DNA of 64,000 nucleotides from Myxococcales bacterium (GCA_050288705.1 JBNKEI010000093.1:1460-65459), one strand, 5' to 3'; positions 21,056 to 29,708 are shown, counted from the stretch's first letter. Notes: generated by a model from the sequence alone, not told the origin. Numbers and translations: made by a program.

Positions 21056-21952
21056 TTAAGGAAGTTCTATATCAACCCAAACAGGCCAGTGGTCGGATGA
21101 ATTAATTTCTCTTTCTACATTCCCCTCTTTTGCATTTATATTTTGAAGGTAAACCGCGTCTAAACGAGAGCTTATAAACCAAAACTTAAGAGTCGCCCCC
21201 AATGCTGAAGTAGCATTTGTATAACCCAGTTTACTCATAAAGTCGTCCAATAACGGCCCTTGGTCGGTGTCTCCTATAACCTGAATTGGAACCTCAGGAA
21301 TTGCATCAAATACCCACAAAAAAGGATTGGTGTTGAAATCACCGGCCACAATCGTTGGCGGTGGCAAATTCACTACTGCCGGTCGCAGTTGAAACATGCG
21401 TTCCGAAATGTTTAAACAGGGGTCAAGATGAACATTGACAATGGAAATTAATCCTTGCTTGGTAGCGATATCTACTTTTAGAGCAATTCTTCGTTGCCCT
21501 GCAATCAACTGAGCACGAGGCAATTCCATCACTTGCACATTTTTTAAATCATAGACACTTAGTATGGCCAAACCATGGGTGCCGTTCATTTCTGGACGGG
21601 AGGGCGCATATACATAGTTCATACGTAATTTTTTGGCCAGCCGGGCTGCTCGGGACTGTCCTTCTTGTGGAAAACTACGAATTTCTTGCAATAAAATTAC
21701 TTCTGCCTTAACTAATTGAGGACTATTGATAAAATCATTAGCAATGGAATCGATTTTATCTCCGTAATGAACATTATAGGTAACCAAACGCAGTATTTTT
21801 CCTGGCATTTGCAGCGAGTTAACATTTTGTTGTTCTAATTGCATCCATCCATCGACAGTTTCCGCGGATTGCCATTCTTTGGCGGGCCCCATGTATGGCG
21901 CACAGCTTCCTAATAATAAGCTAACCGTAATAAGAATTTGGTTAAAACGCAT
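21056..21952 (-). CDS. Endonuclease/exonuclease/phosphatase (EEP) family lipoprotein
   Basis: Signal/lipobox VSLLLGSC. EEP motifs LVTYNVHYG, ILLQE, GDFNTN and SDHWPVWVDI. Confidence 0.85.
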   Translation of the reverse strand: MRFNQILITVSLLLGSCAPYMGPAKEWQSAETVDGWMQLEQQNVNSLQMPGKILRLVTYNVHYGDKIDSIANDFINSPQLVKAEVILLQEIRSFPQEGQSRAARLAKKLRMNYVYAPSRPEMNGTHGLAILSVYDLKNVQVMELPRAQLIAGQRRIALKVDIATKQGLISIVNVHLDPCLNISERMFQLRPAVVNLPPPTIVAGDFNTNPFLWVFDAIPEVPIQVIGDTDQGPLLDDFMSKLGYTNATSALGATLKFWFISSRLDAVYLQNINAKEGNVEREINSSDHWPVWVDIELP

Positions 21953-22493
21953 GCCCTATATCGAATCCCATCCACGGAGCGACCCCTTGCCTTCCTATTG
22001 AGCCCATGGCGAAAAACCGAAAAAGAAATATGTTTCTATATTCATATCCAGCAGAAAGCTGGATCCCTAGTCCACTTGCCCGGCTGCCTTTCCATTCTGG
22101 CACCAGGGAACTGGTACTTAGGTAAACCCATTGAGGACCAGCCTGAAAGAAAGGACGATGCCGTCTCTCGGGAAATAAGTATCTGGTCACGTAAGGACTC
22201 ACAGACAGCACTGTTTGCGTACCCCAACTTTGAAAGGAACCAGTAGTACCTATCGCCCAGCGCTCACCAAGTTGCAGGTCCCCTCCCACTCCCCAAACTC
22301 CTCCTTTTCCTAAGATTTCTAAATAGAGCGCGTATGGCTGCTTTTGAGCAGCCGGAGCCGCCACTGCCGATCTGCTAGTTTCCTTCACCGCTTGAGCATT
22401 GGTGCAGATTAGGCCAGCGCCAATTAGGACCATCGCCAAGATCAGTGTCCACCTTCCGGTTTGCAGCGAATTCTCTCTGCCAGTAAGTTCCAT
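21942..22493 (-). CDS. Small outer-membrane beta-barrel-like protein
   Basis: Signal-like WTLILAMVLIGAGLICTNAQA, alternating Gly/aromatic strands and a C-terminal ...GFDIGHAF ending in Phe. The start is ambiguous (ATG 22493 or 22526). The longer track ORF would overlap the divergent gene. Confidence 0.6.
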   Translation of the reverse strand: MELTGRENSLQTGRWTLILAMVLIGAGLICTNAQAVKETSRSAVAAPAAQKQPYALYLEILGKGGVWGVGGDLQLGERWAIGTTGSFQSWGTQTVLSVSPYVTRYLFPERRHRPFFQAGPQWVYLSTSSLVPEWKGSRASGLGIQLSAGYEYRNIFLFRFFAMGSIGRQGVAPWMGFDIGHAF

Positions 22494-22609
22494 CTGGGGA
22501 TAGAACTCACCGCCCAAAATTTTCATTTCTTTGAGGCGAAGCTTTCCCAAAAAACTTTTTCCAGAGAGACAAGCAGGCAAGCAATTTTGTGCTATTTTGT
22601 TTCGCCAGT

Positions 22610-23722
22610 ATGAATGCAGCGACGTCACGGGCATTTTTGTTGACTAGGTTCCGCGAAGTGACCCGCGATCGACTAGTGAAGATCGGGCAAGCTCTTCTAG
22701 ATTGGGAACAAAATCCTTCCCTGCCCTTTTTTGACGACGTTGGTAGAGAATTACACACAATTAAAGGCGAAGCGCGCATGCTGGGCGAAGTATCGGTAGG
22801 CAAGCTCGCCCACTCCTGCGAAAATTTGCTGAAAGCAGCCCAAGACAGAAGTTTGCCTTTCGAAACCTCTCTTAAATTGCTGCTCCGCGCCGGAGACCTG
22901 ATTACTTACTTGTTGGAAAACCCTCTGCCGCAGAATTGCGCCTTAGAGGTCTCCAAAAACTTCTGCTCCGTGTTGGCCCAAGCCATTGGCACCGGTCAAC
23001 TAGATCATCTTCCGCCTATTACTTTCCATACGCCCATCCCTCACATCGGCCAGCAAACCACCACTAAACCTGCTGCATCACTTCATTTCCCTCAACTAGT
23101 TGGTTTCGAAGACCTTTCCTCAGAAGCGGCGAACGCTCCGTTTGTTCCATTATCTGTTGCTTTTGCTGCCTTTCCCCGCGCTATCCGCGAAATGGCTAAA
23201 CAACAGGGCAAAGAAGTCCGCTTATTATTCGAACAACGGGAGTTTGATATTCATCGCCGCTTTTTGACCGAGATCCATGACTCTATGGTCCATTTGCTGC
23301 GCAACGCAGTGGACCATGGAATTGAAACTCCGGAAGTTCGCGAGCATCACGGTAAATCGCGCCGAGGATTGATCCGTATTGATGTGTCCGATCAAGCAGG
23401 CATGCTAAAAATTGCAGTGGAAGACGACGGGCAGGGCGTAGACACCCTTTTGCTTCGCAAGTCAGCAGTCTCTTGCATTCCGTTTTCCAATTCTCAATTG
23501 GTCAATCTTTCGGAGAGCGAAGCTCTGGAGCTGGTTTTTGTTCCCCATTTATCCACCTGTACGAGAGTCACCGAGTTCTCCGGAAGAGGAATGGGAATGT
23601 CCATAGCAAAAGAAAAGATTGAGTCTTTAGGAGGAACCGTGACCATACAATCTCAGCATGGCCAAGGAACACGCATAGTTCTACGGATTCCTCATTTCGG
23701 CAAGAACGAAGTGACACGCTGA
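22610..23722 (+). CDS. Minimal CheA-like histidine kinase (HPt plus HATPase_c only)
   Basis: HPt motif ELHTIKGEARMLG (His codon 22754-22756). CheA-type N box HLLRNAVDHGIETPE, G1 box VEDDGQGVD and G2 box FSGRGMGMS. The protein ends right after the ATPase domain, so there is no CheW-like P5 domain, and I see no clear P3 dimerisation segment. Confidence 0.8.
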   Translation: MNAATSRAFLLTRFREVTRDRLVKIGQALLDWEQNPSLPFFDDVGRELHTIKGEARMLGEVSVGKLAHSCENLLKAAQDRSLPFETSLKLLLRAGDLITYLLENPLPQNCALEVSKNFCSVLAQAIGTGQLDHLPPITFHTPIPHIGQQTTTKPAASLHFPQLVGFEDLSSEAANAPFVPLSVAFAAFPRAIREMAKQQGKEVRLLFEQREFDIHRRFLTEIHDSMVHLLRNAVDHGIETPEVREHHGKSRRGLIRIDVSDQAGMLKIAVEDDGQGVDTLLLRKSAVSCIPFSNSQLVNLSESEALELVFVPHLSTCTRVTEFSGRGMGMSIAKEKIESLGGTVTIQSQHGQGTRIVLRIPHFGKNEVTR

Positions 23723-24068
23723 AAAAAACAGTGGCTTTCCTTAAAAAAATTGCTTGTAGATTTATTATCCAAGCGATCGACACGTTGTTATCAAGCAAAT
23801 GGTCGCATGCTTGAAGCCAAGAAATATTTTTAAATCATTTCAAATTCTGCTTACCATCGGCATGCTAAATCAAGTGAAGAATTTTCAAATTTCACATCTA
23901 CATTTCACCAGTTTTGCCCTTATTTTCCGGCAAATAATTGTTGAAAAGTACTTAAATCGCAAAACTCGGCATGCAAGGGATTTCATTTTTCATGATATTG
24001 GCCTTGTAAGTCTTGTTCAAAATCGATATCTATTCCTACTCAAACTAAACATAAATAAGGAACCAAGC

Positions 24069-25457
24069 ATGGTCAGTCCAGCCCATAGCCACCGCAATAA
24101 TCATACTCATCACCCCGAAAACCCCGAGAACCTCCTCAAACATCGAAATATTTCCGAGGAGCCACAGTGGACATCTATACCGGCATGGCAGGATCTGGAG
24201 AGTACAGTTTTTAACAATCCTCGTTGGCAAATGCGCAATAGCGTGATGAATCCTGAACAGATTCAAGATCTTTTAGCTGACCAGGTCGACCATGGCTTCA
24301 TTGAAGACCTTCTCGATGGATACCGCCGAGCACCAATGGTAATGAGACTAACCCCCTACGTACTGTCTCTCATCGACTGGCGTTCGCCCTACACCGACCC
24401 TATCCGCCGCCAATTTTTACCTCTCGGCTCCGAGTGGGAACCCGACCATCCTATGTGCACTCTAGATGCCTTGGCGGAACAAAAAGATTCCAAAGCTCCC
24501 GGACTCACTCATCGTTATCCGGACAAGGTGCTACTACTGTCATTGGACGTATGCCCGGTATATTGCCGCTATTGCACCCGGTCGTATTCGATCGGTTCCG
24601 ACGCCGAAGGAGTAGAAAAAATCAATTTTAAGCCCCACCGTGAGCGTTTGCAGCAGGCTTTTGAATATATTCGCTTTACTCCAACGGTCGAGGACGTGGT
24701 GGTTAGTGGTGGCGACGTAAGTATGTTGCCCGGCAATCAGTTAAAAATAATTGGCGAAGAGCTGCTGTCTATTCCCCACGTACGACGTATTCGTTTTGCT
24801 ACCAAGGCGCTAGCAGTCGTGCCCCAAAAAATTTCCGGCGACGAAGCTTGGCTTGACGCTCTCACTTCGGTTGCAGAACGCGGACGCCGCCAAGGTGTGC
24901 ATGTATGCGTGCACACCCATTTCAATCATCCAGAGGAAATCACCTACGTCACGAAGCAAGCCTGTGACACGCTATTCCAGCGGGCAATAACCGTACGCAA
25001 CCAAAGCGTGCTATTGGCTGGCGTCAATGACAACATTGAGACAATGACCACCTTGGTACAAAAACTATCTTATATCAATGTCCAGCCGTATTACGTTTAC
25101 ATCCATGACCTGGTACCCGGAGTCGAATGTCTGCGTACTAGCCTGGCTGACGCGGTCGAATTAGAGAAGAACCTGCGAGGCTCCACTGCCGGATTTATGA
25201 CGCCCACCTTTGTTTGCGATGCTCCTGGAGGAGGAGGCAAGCGTGATCTCCATAGTTTCGAGCTATACAACGAAGACAAGGGGATTGCCATTTATCGAAG
25301 CCCAGTAGTCGACCCCAACCGCGCATACTATTACTTCGATCCTTTGCGGAGTGTCGAACCAGCGGTTCGCATGGCTTGGCAGTCACCGACCGAAAGACAG
25401 AACATTATTGACAATACTCTGCGCCGGGCAGGAATGAATGTCGAGGAGGCCAAATGA
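24069..25457 (+). CDS. ablA: Lysine 2,3-aminomutase (KamA/AblA-type radical SAM enzyme)
   Basis: ORF 23799-25457 trimmed to ATG 24069 (AGGA 8 nt upstream). Motifs WQMRNSV, GLTHRYPDKVLLL, radical-SAM CPVYCRYCTRS and SGGDVSML. The stop overlaps the ablB start (ATGA at 25454-25457). Confidence 0.85.
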   Translation: MVSPAHSHRNNHTHHPENPENLLKHRNISEEPQWTSIPAWQDLESTVFNNPRWQMRNSVMNPEQIQDLLADQVDHGFIEDLLDGYRRAPMVMRLTPYVLSLIDWRSPYTDPIRRQFLPLGSEWEPDHPMCTLDALAEQKDSKAPGLTHRYPDKVLLLSLDVCPVYCRYCTRSYSIGSDAEGVEKINFKPHRERLQQAFEYIRFTPTVEDVVVSGGDVSMLPGNQLKIIGEELLSIPHVRRIRFATKALAVVPQKISGDEAWLDALTSVAERGRRQGVHVCVHTHFNHPEEITYVTKQACDTLFQRAITVRNQSVLLAGVNDNIETMTTLVQKLSYINVQPYYVYIHDLVPGVECLRTSLADAVELEKNLRGSTAGFMTPTFVCDAPGGGGKRDLHSFELYNEDKGIAIYRSPVVDPNRAYYYFDPLRSVEPAVRMAWQSPTERQNIIDNTLRRAGMNVEEAK

Positions 25458-26341
25458 ACAGCCCCGCTTGCTGTCTAATGGCGCCAGACAATCCACGCCC
25501 CCGCGGAAAAATGCTTGCCATAGAACTGCCCGATCGCACCAAAATCGAGGCCTTCAACGACCTTTACTCCGACCGCATTCGCTATGACCATCCAGTTACT
25601 CCAGATGGTCAGGCTCTAGCAAACGCTTTGATTTCTGCTGCAAAACAGGAAGGACGGGGAAGAGTTGTCTTACTTGCCGATGCCCGCCTACGCGCCGGTT
25701 GCGAGTCTGCTGGGTTAATTCATGAGGCCACCATTCCCGGGTTCTATAATGGTCAAAGTCATTGCGCAGTAATGGGAAAAGCAATTGATCCTCATCGGGC
25801 TGGGTCGGCAACTCCCGCGGAAGTTACCAAAGTCGACGACCTAGTTTCCGCAAAAACCGAACCTGTATCATCCAAACGTGCACCGGTTGCAACCGAGCGC
25901 GCAACAGTGCAAGACGCTGCCTCCATTGCTGCTCTTATCAATAGAACCTTCACTTTCTACCCGACTCCCAGCGGCGTTCCGGAATATATTGCCACCCAAA
26001 TTGAAGACGGCATTCCCTTCAGAGTAGTGCGCAAAAACAGCCAAGTAGTCGCCTGCGCTAGTGCCGACCTGGTACGTGGTGCGCAAACTGCCGAGCTAAC
26101 CGATTGTGCAACCCACCCCTCTTACCGAGGCCATGGTTATATGCAAGCTATTCTAGCGGACCTGATGGATGACTTGCGAGCCATGAACTATCCGACAGTG
26201 TTTACACTTGCCAGAGCATGTCAGGCTGGAGTGAACATTGGATTCAAGCGACTGGGATTTTTATTTCGAGGTCGAATGAAGCAGTCGTGCCGCATAGGCG
26301 ACAGCATTGAAGATATCAATGTCTGGAGCCGTGCTTTGTAA
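25454..26341 (+). CDS. ablB: Beta-lysine N6-acetyltransferase (AblB-type GNAT)
   Basis: The C-terminal GNAT region matches the remembered AblB family pattern (TFTFYPTP, AELTDCATHPSYRGHGYM, FTLARA..GVNIGFKRLGF, NVWSRAL). The gene is coupled to the upstream aminomutase gene. Confidence 0.78.
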   Translation: MNSPACCLMAPDNPRPRGKMLAIELPDRTKIEAFNDLYSDRIRYDHPVTPDGQALANALISAAKQEGRGRVVLLADARLRAGCESAGLIHEATIPGFYNGQSHCAVMGKAIDPHRAGSATPAEVTKVDDLVSAKTEPVSSKRAPVATERATVQDAASIAALINRTFTFYPTPSGVPEYIATQIEDGIPFRVVRKNSQVVACASADLVRGAQTAELTDCATHPSYRGHGYMQAILADLMDDLRAMNYPTVFTLARACQAGVNIGFKRLGFLFRGRMKQSCRIGDSIEDINVWSRAL

Positions 26342-26358
26342 TTGTTTTTGGGATCAAT

Positions 26359-27519
26359 TTGACATACCGAACAAAACCTTATGAATGGATTCAGCAAGAT
26401 CGAAATTCCATCCAAAGCCTAGAACAACTGACCCAATTTCTTGAATTTCCACCCAAGGATTGGGACAGTATTGTCAAAGCTTGTAAGAAATTTCGATTCA
26501 AAATTACTCCTTACTATCTCGACTTACTTGATCGCAAAGACCCCAATTGTCCAATACGCAAAATGATTATTCCTAATGGAAGAGAAACTATAATTCTTCC
26601 CAGCGAGTTGAGCGATCCCATCGGAGACAGCAATCAGGAACTTTGCAACCAACCCGTTGACGCGCTTACTCATCGCTACCCTGACCGCGTACTTCTCTAT
26701 CCAACCTTTATGTGTGGCTCCTATTGCCGATACTGCTTTCGTAGACGATTAGTAGGCAAAGCAGAACATACACCCTCGGAAAAACAGCTTGCTACCGCTT
26801 TTGAATACATTAAGCATCATCAGAAAATACGTGAAGTTATTCTGACGGGTGGAGATCCTTTGATGCTCTCTGACCGGCGTCTGGAATCCATTCTTTCCAA
26901 GCTTCGCCATATTTCCCATATTAGAGTGTTGCGCATACATACTCGTATGCCTGTTTTTAATCCTTTTCGAATTACCCAAAGACTGGCCAAAGTATTAAAA
27001 CAATTCGTACCTCTTTGGGTGGTAACTCATTTCAATCATCCGCGCGAAGTCACCGAAACTGCACGAATCCATCTCGAACGACTAATCAACCGGGGAATCC
27101 CGGTGATCAATCAAAGTGTGCTTTTGAAAGGAGTCAACAATAATCCAGAAACCTTAAGAGAACTAGGCTGGAAACTAATTGAAGCCCGCATAAAACCGTA
27201 CTATTTACACCATCTTGATCGCGCCCAGGGGCTTTCTCACTTCCGGGTTGGCGTCCGCCAGGGAATTAGACTACTTAGAGAATTAAGAGGAACCATTCCC
27301 GGATATGCGGTTCCCGACTACGTGCTAGATGTTCCCAAGGGGCATGGCAAAGTTCCCTTGCAGTATCATTACGTGAACACCGACCGCAACAATAGAATCT
27401 ATTTGGAAACTCCCCAGGGCAATTACCTAGCGTATGCCGACGAAGACTGCGAGGATACTCCGCCTTCCGCGCAAACTCCGGAAATTCATCCATTGGAGAT
27501 ATACCCCAAACGAGCCTAA
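26359..27519 (+). CDS. Second KamA-family radical SAM aminomutase paralog (EpmB/AblA-like)
   Basis: LTHRYPDRVLLYPTFMCGSYCRYCFRRR, LTGGDPLML and HFNHPREV. The only in-frame start near the 5' end is TTG 26359. Confidence 0.85.
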   Translation: MTYRTKPYEWIQQDRNSIQSLEQLTQFLEFPPKDWDSIVKACKKFRFKITPYYLDLLDRKDPNCPIRKMIIPNGRETIILPSELSDPIGDSNQELCNQPVDALTHRYPDRVLLYPTFMCGSYCRYCFRRRLVGKAEHTPSEKQLATAFEYIKHHQKIREVILTGGDPLMLSDRRLESILSKLRHISHIRVLRIHTRMPVFNPFRITQRLAKVLKQFVPLWVVTHFNHPREVTETARIHLERLINRGIPVINQSVLLKGVNNNPETLRELGWKLIEARIKPYYLHHLDRAQGLSHFRVGVRQGIRLLRELRGTIPGYAVPDYVLDVPKGHGKVPLQYHYVNTDRNNRIYLETPQGNYLAYADEDCEDTPPSAQTPEIHPLEIYPKRA

Positions 27520-27691
27520 CCTGCTCCACGTCCCGACAAAAACTACAAAAATGAAACACTTTTTCGTTTCTGCAATGCAGAAGCGAAAAGCGACCAGCCA
27601 ACTTGCCAATGGCGCAATTCACAAATGTAGTAATTTCCATAGATTACCATTAACCAGCAAGCAGGCACGCACCTTGCTATAGAATCATAAC

Positions 27692-27759
27692 GAAGCGTGA
27701 CGTACCTGAGAAGCTGGTCCCCCCCCCACCACTTCGGTGGACGTCGCGCTTCTTTTTTT
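27692..27759 (+). ncRNA. Candidate C-tract small RNA, or alternatively an elaborate rho-independent terminator
   Basis: A 12-bp stem pairs 27692-27703 with 27741-27752 (one G-U) and is followed by T7 (27753-27759). It encloses an unpaired GGT-C9 tract (27716-27727) and the inner hairpin CCACC/GGTGG. TTGCTATAGAAT at 27674-27685 ends 7 nt upstream. Confidence 0.35.
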
Positions 27760-27989
27760 ACTTTGGGCCCGGACGTCTTTTCTTCTTTTTGCTCGGACAA
27801 CAGGTCGGCGTCCGGCGCTCTTGTTAAAACACCTGCCCTATTCGGCACCCTTCTTTCTTGATAACTAATAACCGCAGAAAGCCCATTCATGCCGAGCTTG
27901 TTGAGGCCAAGGGCTTCGTCGGCTTCATGCCTGCGGCATTACGCTCGGAAAGACGGTGATTTTCAATCGTCATACGATATTGAAAAAGG

Positions 27990-28964
27990 TTAGATTTTTG
28001 CACTAAAGGGCGACAGATAATTTGGCGGCGAAACGCTGTTCTGCACTTCTCGAGCTTGCGAACAATCGAAGGCAATGGCCCTTCTTAGCTCTTCTAAAGA
28101 GCTGAATTTCTTCTCTGCACGAAGCCTGCGCAAAAACTCTAGCTCCAAACGAGAGCCATACAGGTCTCCTTCAAAATCAAATAAGTGTGCCTCTATTACT
28201 ACCTGATGGCCCCCCACTGTTGGCTTGCGCCCTATATTGCCCACGCCGTTCCACCATCCTTTTTTGGTAAAACCACGAATCAAATACACCCCTTCCAATG
28301 GGTAGGCTAGCCAATCATCCAGCTTTCCCAGGTTTGCAGTGGGGAAGCCAATAGTACGACCGATTTGTTTTCCTGGTACAACCAGCCCGCCGATCGAAAA
28401 AGGTCGGCCCAAAAACTTTGCCGCTTGCTCGACCTGGCCCCGGGCAATTAAGCTACGAATTTCCGTCGAAGAAATAACCGTTCCTTGGGCAGAGACAACG
28501 GGAGAGAGCACTTCAATTCCCACTCCTCGGGCATAACCTGCATTGCTCAGAGTGCGGGTGGTTCCTTGTCGCCCTTTTCCATAAAAAAAATTGGAACCAA
28601 CAATCACTTGCGAAGGGCTAAGCGCACCAAAAAGATCGCGACTAACAAAGGTTCCCTGCTCTATATCGGCATATTGAAGATCGAAGGGCTGTACCACCGC
28701 ATAATCTATCCCCAGAGCAGCAAACAGCTCTAGCTTTCTACCGAGAGGAGTAAGAATTCGCAAAACATGCTGAGGAAATAGAACCCGCTCAGGATGAGGT
28801 TCAAAAGTAGCGGCTACTGATACGCTGCCTTTTTTTCGAGCATAACTGATTGCCTTGCGCAACAACGCCTGGTGCCCAACATGCACACCATCAAAATTAC
28901 CTACCGCTACTGCGCAGCCAGGAAAGCGCCTCTGCGCATTTTCCCATCCCTGAATAACCTCCAT
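27990..28964 (-). CDS. ribF: Bifunctional riboflavin kinase / FMN adenylyltransferase
   Basis: ORF trimmed to ATG 28964. Motifs GNFDGVHVGHQ, GFPTANL and VGNIGRKPT..IEAHLFDF. Confidence 0.93.
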   Translation of the reverse strand: MEVIQGWENAQRRFPGCAVAVGNFDGVHVGHQALLRKAISYARKKGSVSVAATFEPHPERVLFPQHVLRILTPLGRKLELFAALGIDYAVVQPFDLQYADIEQGTFVSRDLFGALSPSQVIVGSNFFYGKGRQGTTRTLSNAGYARGVGIEVLSPVVSAQGTVISSTEIRSLIARGQVEQAAKFLGRPFSIGGLVVPGKQIGRTIGFPTANLGKLDDWLAYPLEGVYLIRGFTKKGWWNGVGNIGRKPTVGGHQVVIEAHLFDFEGDLYGSRLELEFLRRLRAEKKFSSLEELRRAIAFDCSQAREVQNSVSPPNYLSPFSAKI

Positions 28965-29093
28965 AATGCTAAGGAAGGTAAACGTGAACCGTACAGCAGT
29001 CAAATCAGAAAATTGACTACTAGTTTATTTTGGACATTCGGGCTATAGACCAAGCAAGCAAACTTTCTTGTGACCTAAAACTTCTTTGTGCTT

Positions 29094-29708
29094 ATGCCAC
29101 GCTCGCCTCTTTTTCTCGATACCGATTCGTTAGAACCTCTCCCGGCCTCCCACTGGAATAACCTCTTTGAGTCATCTGGTCCTCTAGAAGTAGAAATCGG
29201 CTCTGGAAAAGGTGATTTCGCGGCTAATTACGGCGCTAAGCATCCCCACCGGCGCTTGGTTGCTTTGGAACACCGCCGCACATATGCCGAAATGACTTAC
29301 CAACAAGTAAGCAAGCTAGGCTTAAGAAATGTTCGCGTATATCAGGCGGATGCCAAGCAAGCCATTCCCAAGCTTTTTTCTCCCGGCAGTCTACAACGCG
29401 TACACCTATATTTTCCCGATCCTTGGTGGAAGCGACGCCATTTCAAACGTCGAGTGATAGATATAGATTTCTCCAAAACCTTGCTGAATCTGCTCGCACC
29501 AGGGGGCTTCTTGCACATCCGAACCGATGTGGAGGAACGAGCCCATGACATGCTGCGCATTCTCTCTCAGGCAGGCTTTCATAACTCTTGCTCCACTGAT
29601 TTCGCCGACTTTTATCCTGACAATGATGTTCCTACCACCCGCGAAAGACGCTACTTACTGAGCAATGAACCTGTTTGGCGCATGAATCTGTACAGACCTG
29701 CCGACTAA
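29094..29708 (+). CDS. trmB: tRNA (guanine46-N7)-methyltransferase
   Basis: SAM motif VEIGSGKGDF and the TrmB hallmark LYFPDPWWKRRHFKRR. The start is ATG 29094 (GTG 29088 is also possible). Confidence 0.9.
   Translation: MPRSPLFLDTDSLEPLPASHWNNLFESSGPLEVEIGSGKGDFAANYGAKHPHRRLVALEHRRTYAEMTYQQVSKLGLRNVRVYQADAKQAIPKLFSPGSLQRVHLYFPDPWWKRRHFKRRVIDIDFSKTLLNLLAPGGFLHIRTDVEERAHDMLRILSQAGFHNSCSTDFADFYPDNDVPTTRERRYLLSNEPVWRMNLYRPAD

Noticed and set aside
23799-24068. The N-terminal 90 codons of the track ORF for ablA (MVACLKPRNIFKSFQILL...).
   Set aside because: The stretch is AT-rich and its Ile/Phe/Asn/Lys-rich composition is unlike the rest of the protein. The KamA family similarity begins after ATG 24069, which has an AGGA ribosome-binding site.
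27770-27850. Stretches whose reverse complement resembles RNase P RNA conserved blocks (GAAGAAAAGACGTCCGGGCCC versus GAGGAAAGTCCGGGC, and GGTGTTTTAACAAGAGCGCC versus GGTGCGGTAAGAGCGCACC), together with a GAAGCTGGTC start on the plus strand.
   Set aside because: On the minus strand the blocks occur in the reverse of the RNase P order. On the plus strand they are complements of the motifs. The region is also too short (under 300 nt), and the ACAGAANCCGGCTTA-type P4 3' strand is missing. I treat it as a chance GC-rich resemblance.
27543-27890. 115-aa minus-strand ORF, and a 43-aa plus-strand ORF (27551-27682, MKHFFVSAMQKRK...), in the kamA-like/ribF gap.
   Set aside because: The composition is Trp/Cys/Arg-rich or highly basic, neither has a ribosome-binding site, and neither shows a motif. 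The region is better explained by RNA structure or spacer DNA.
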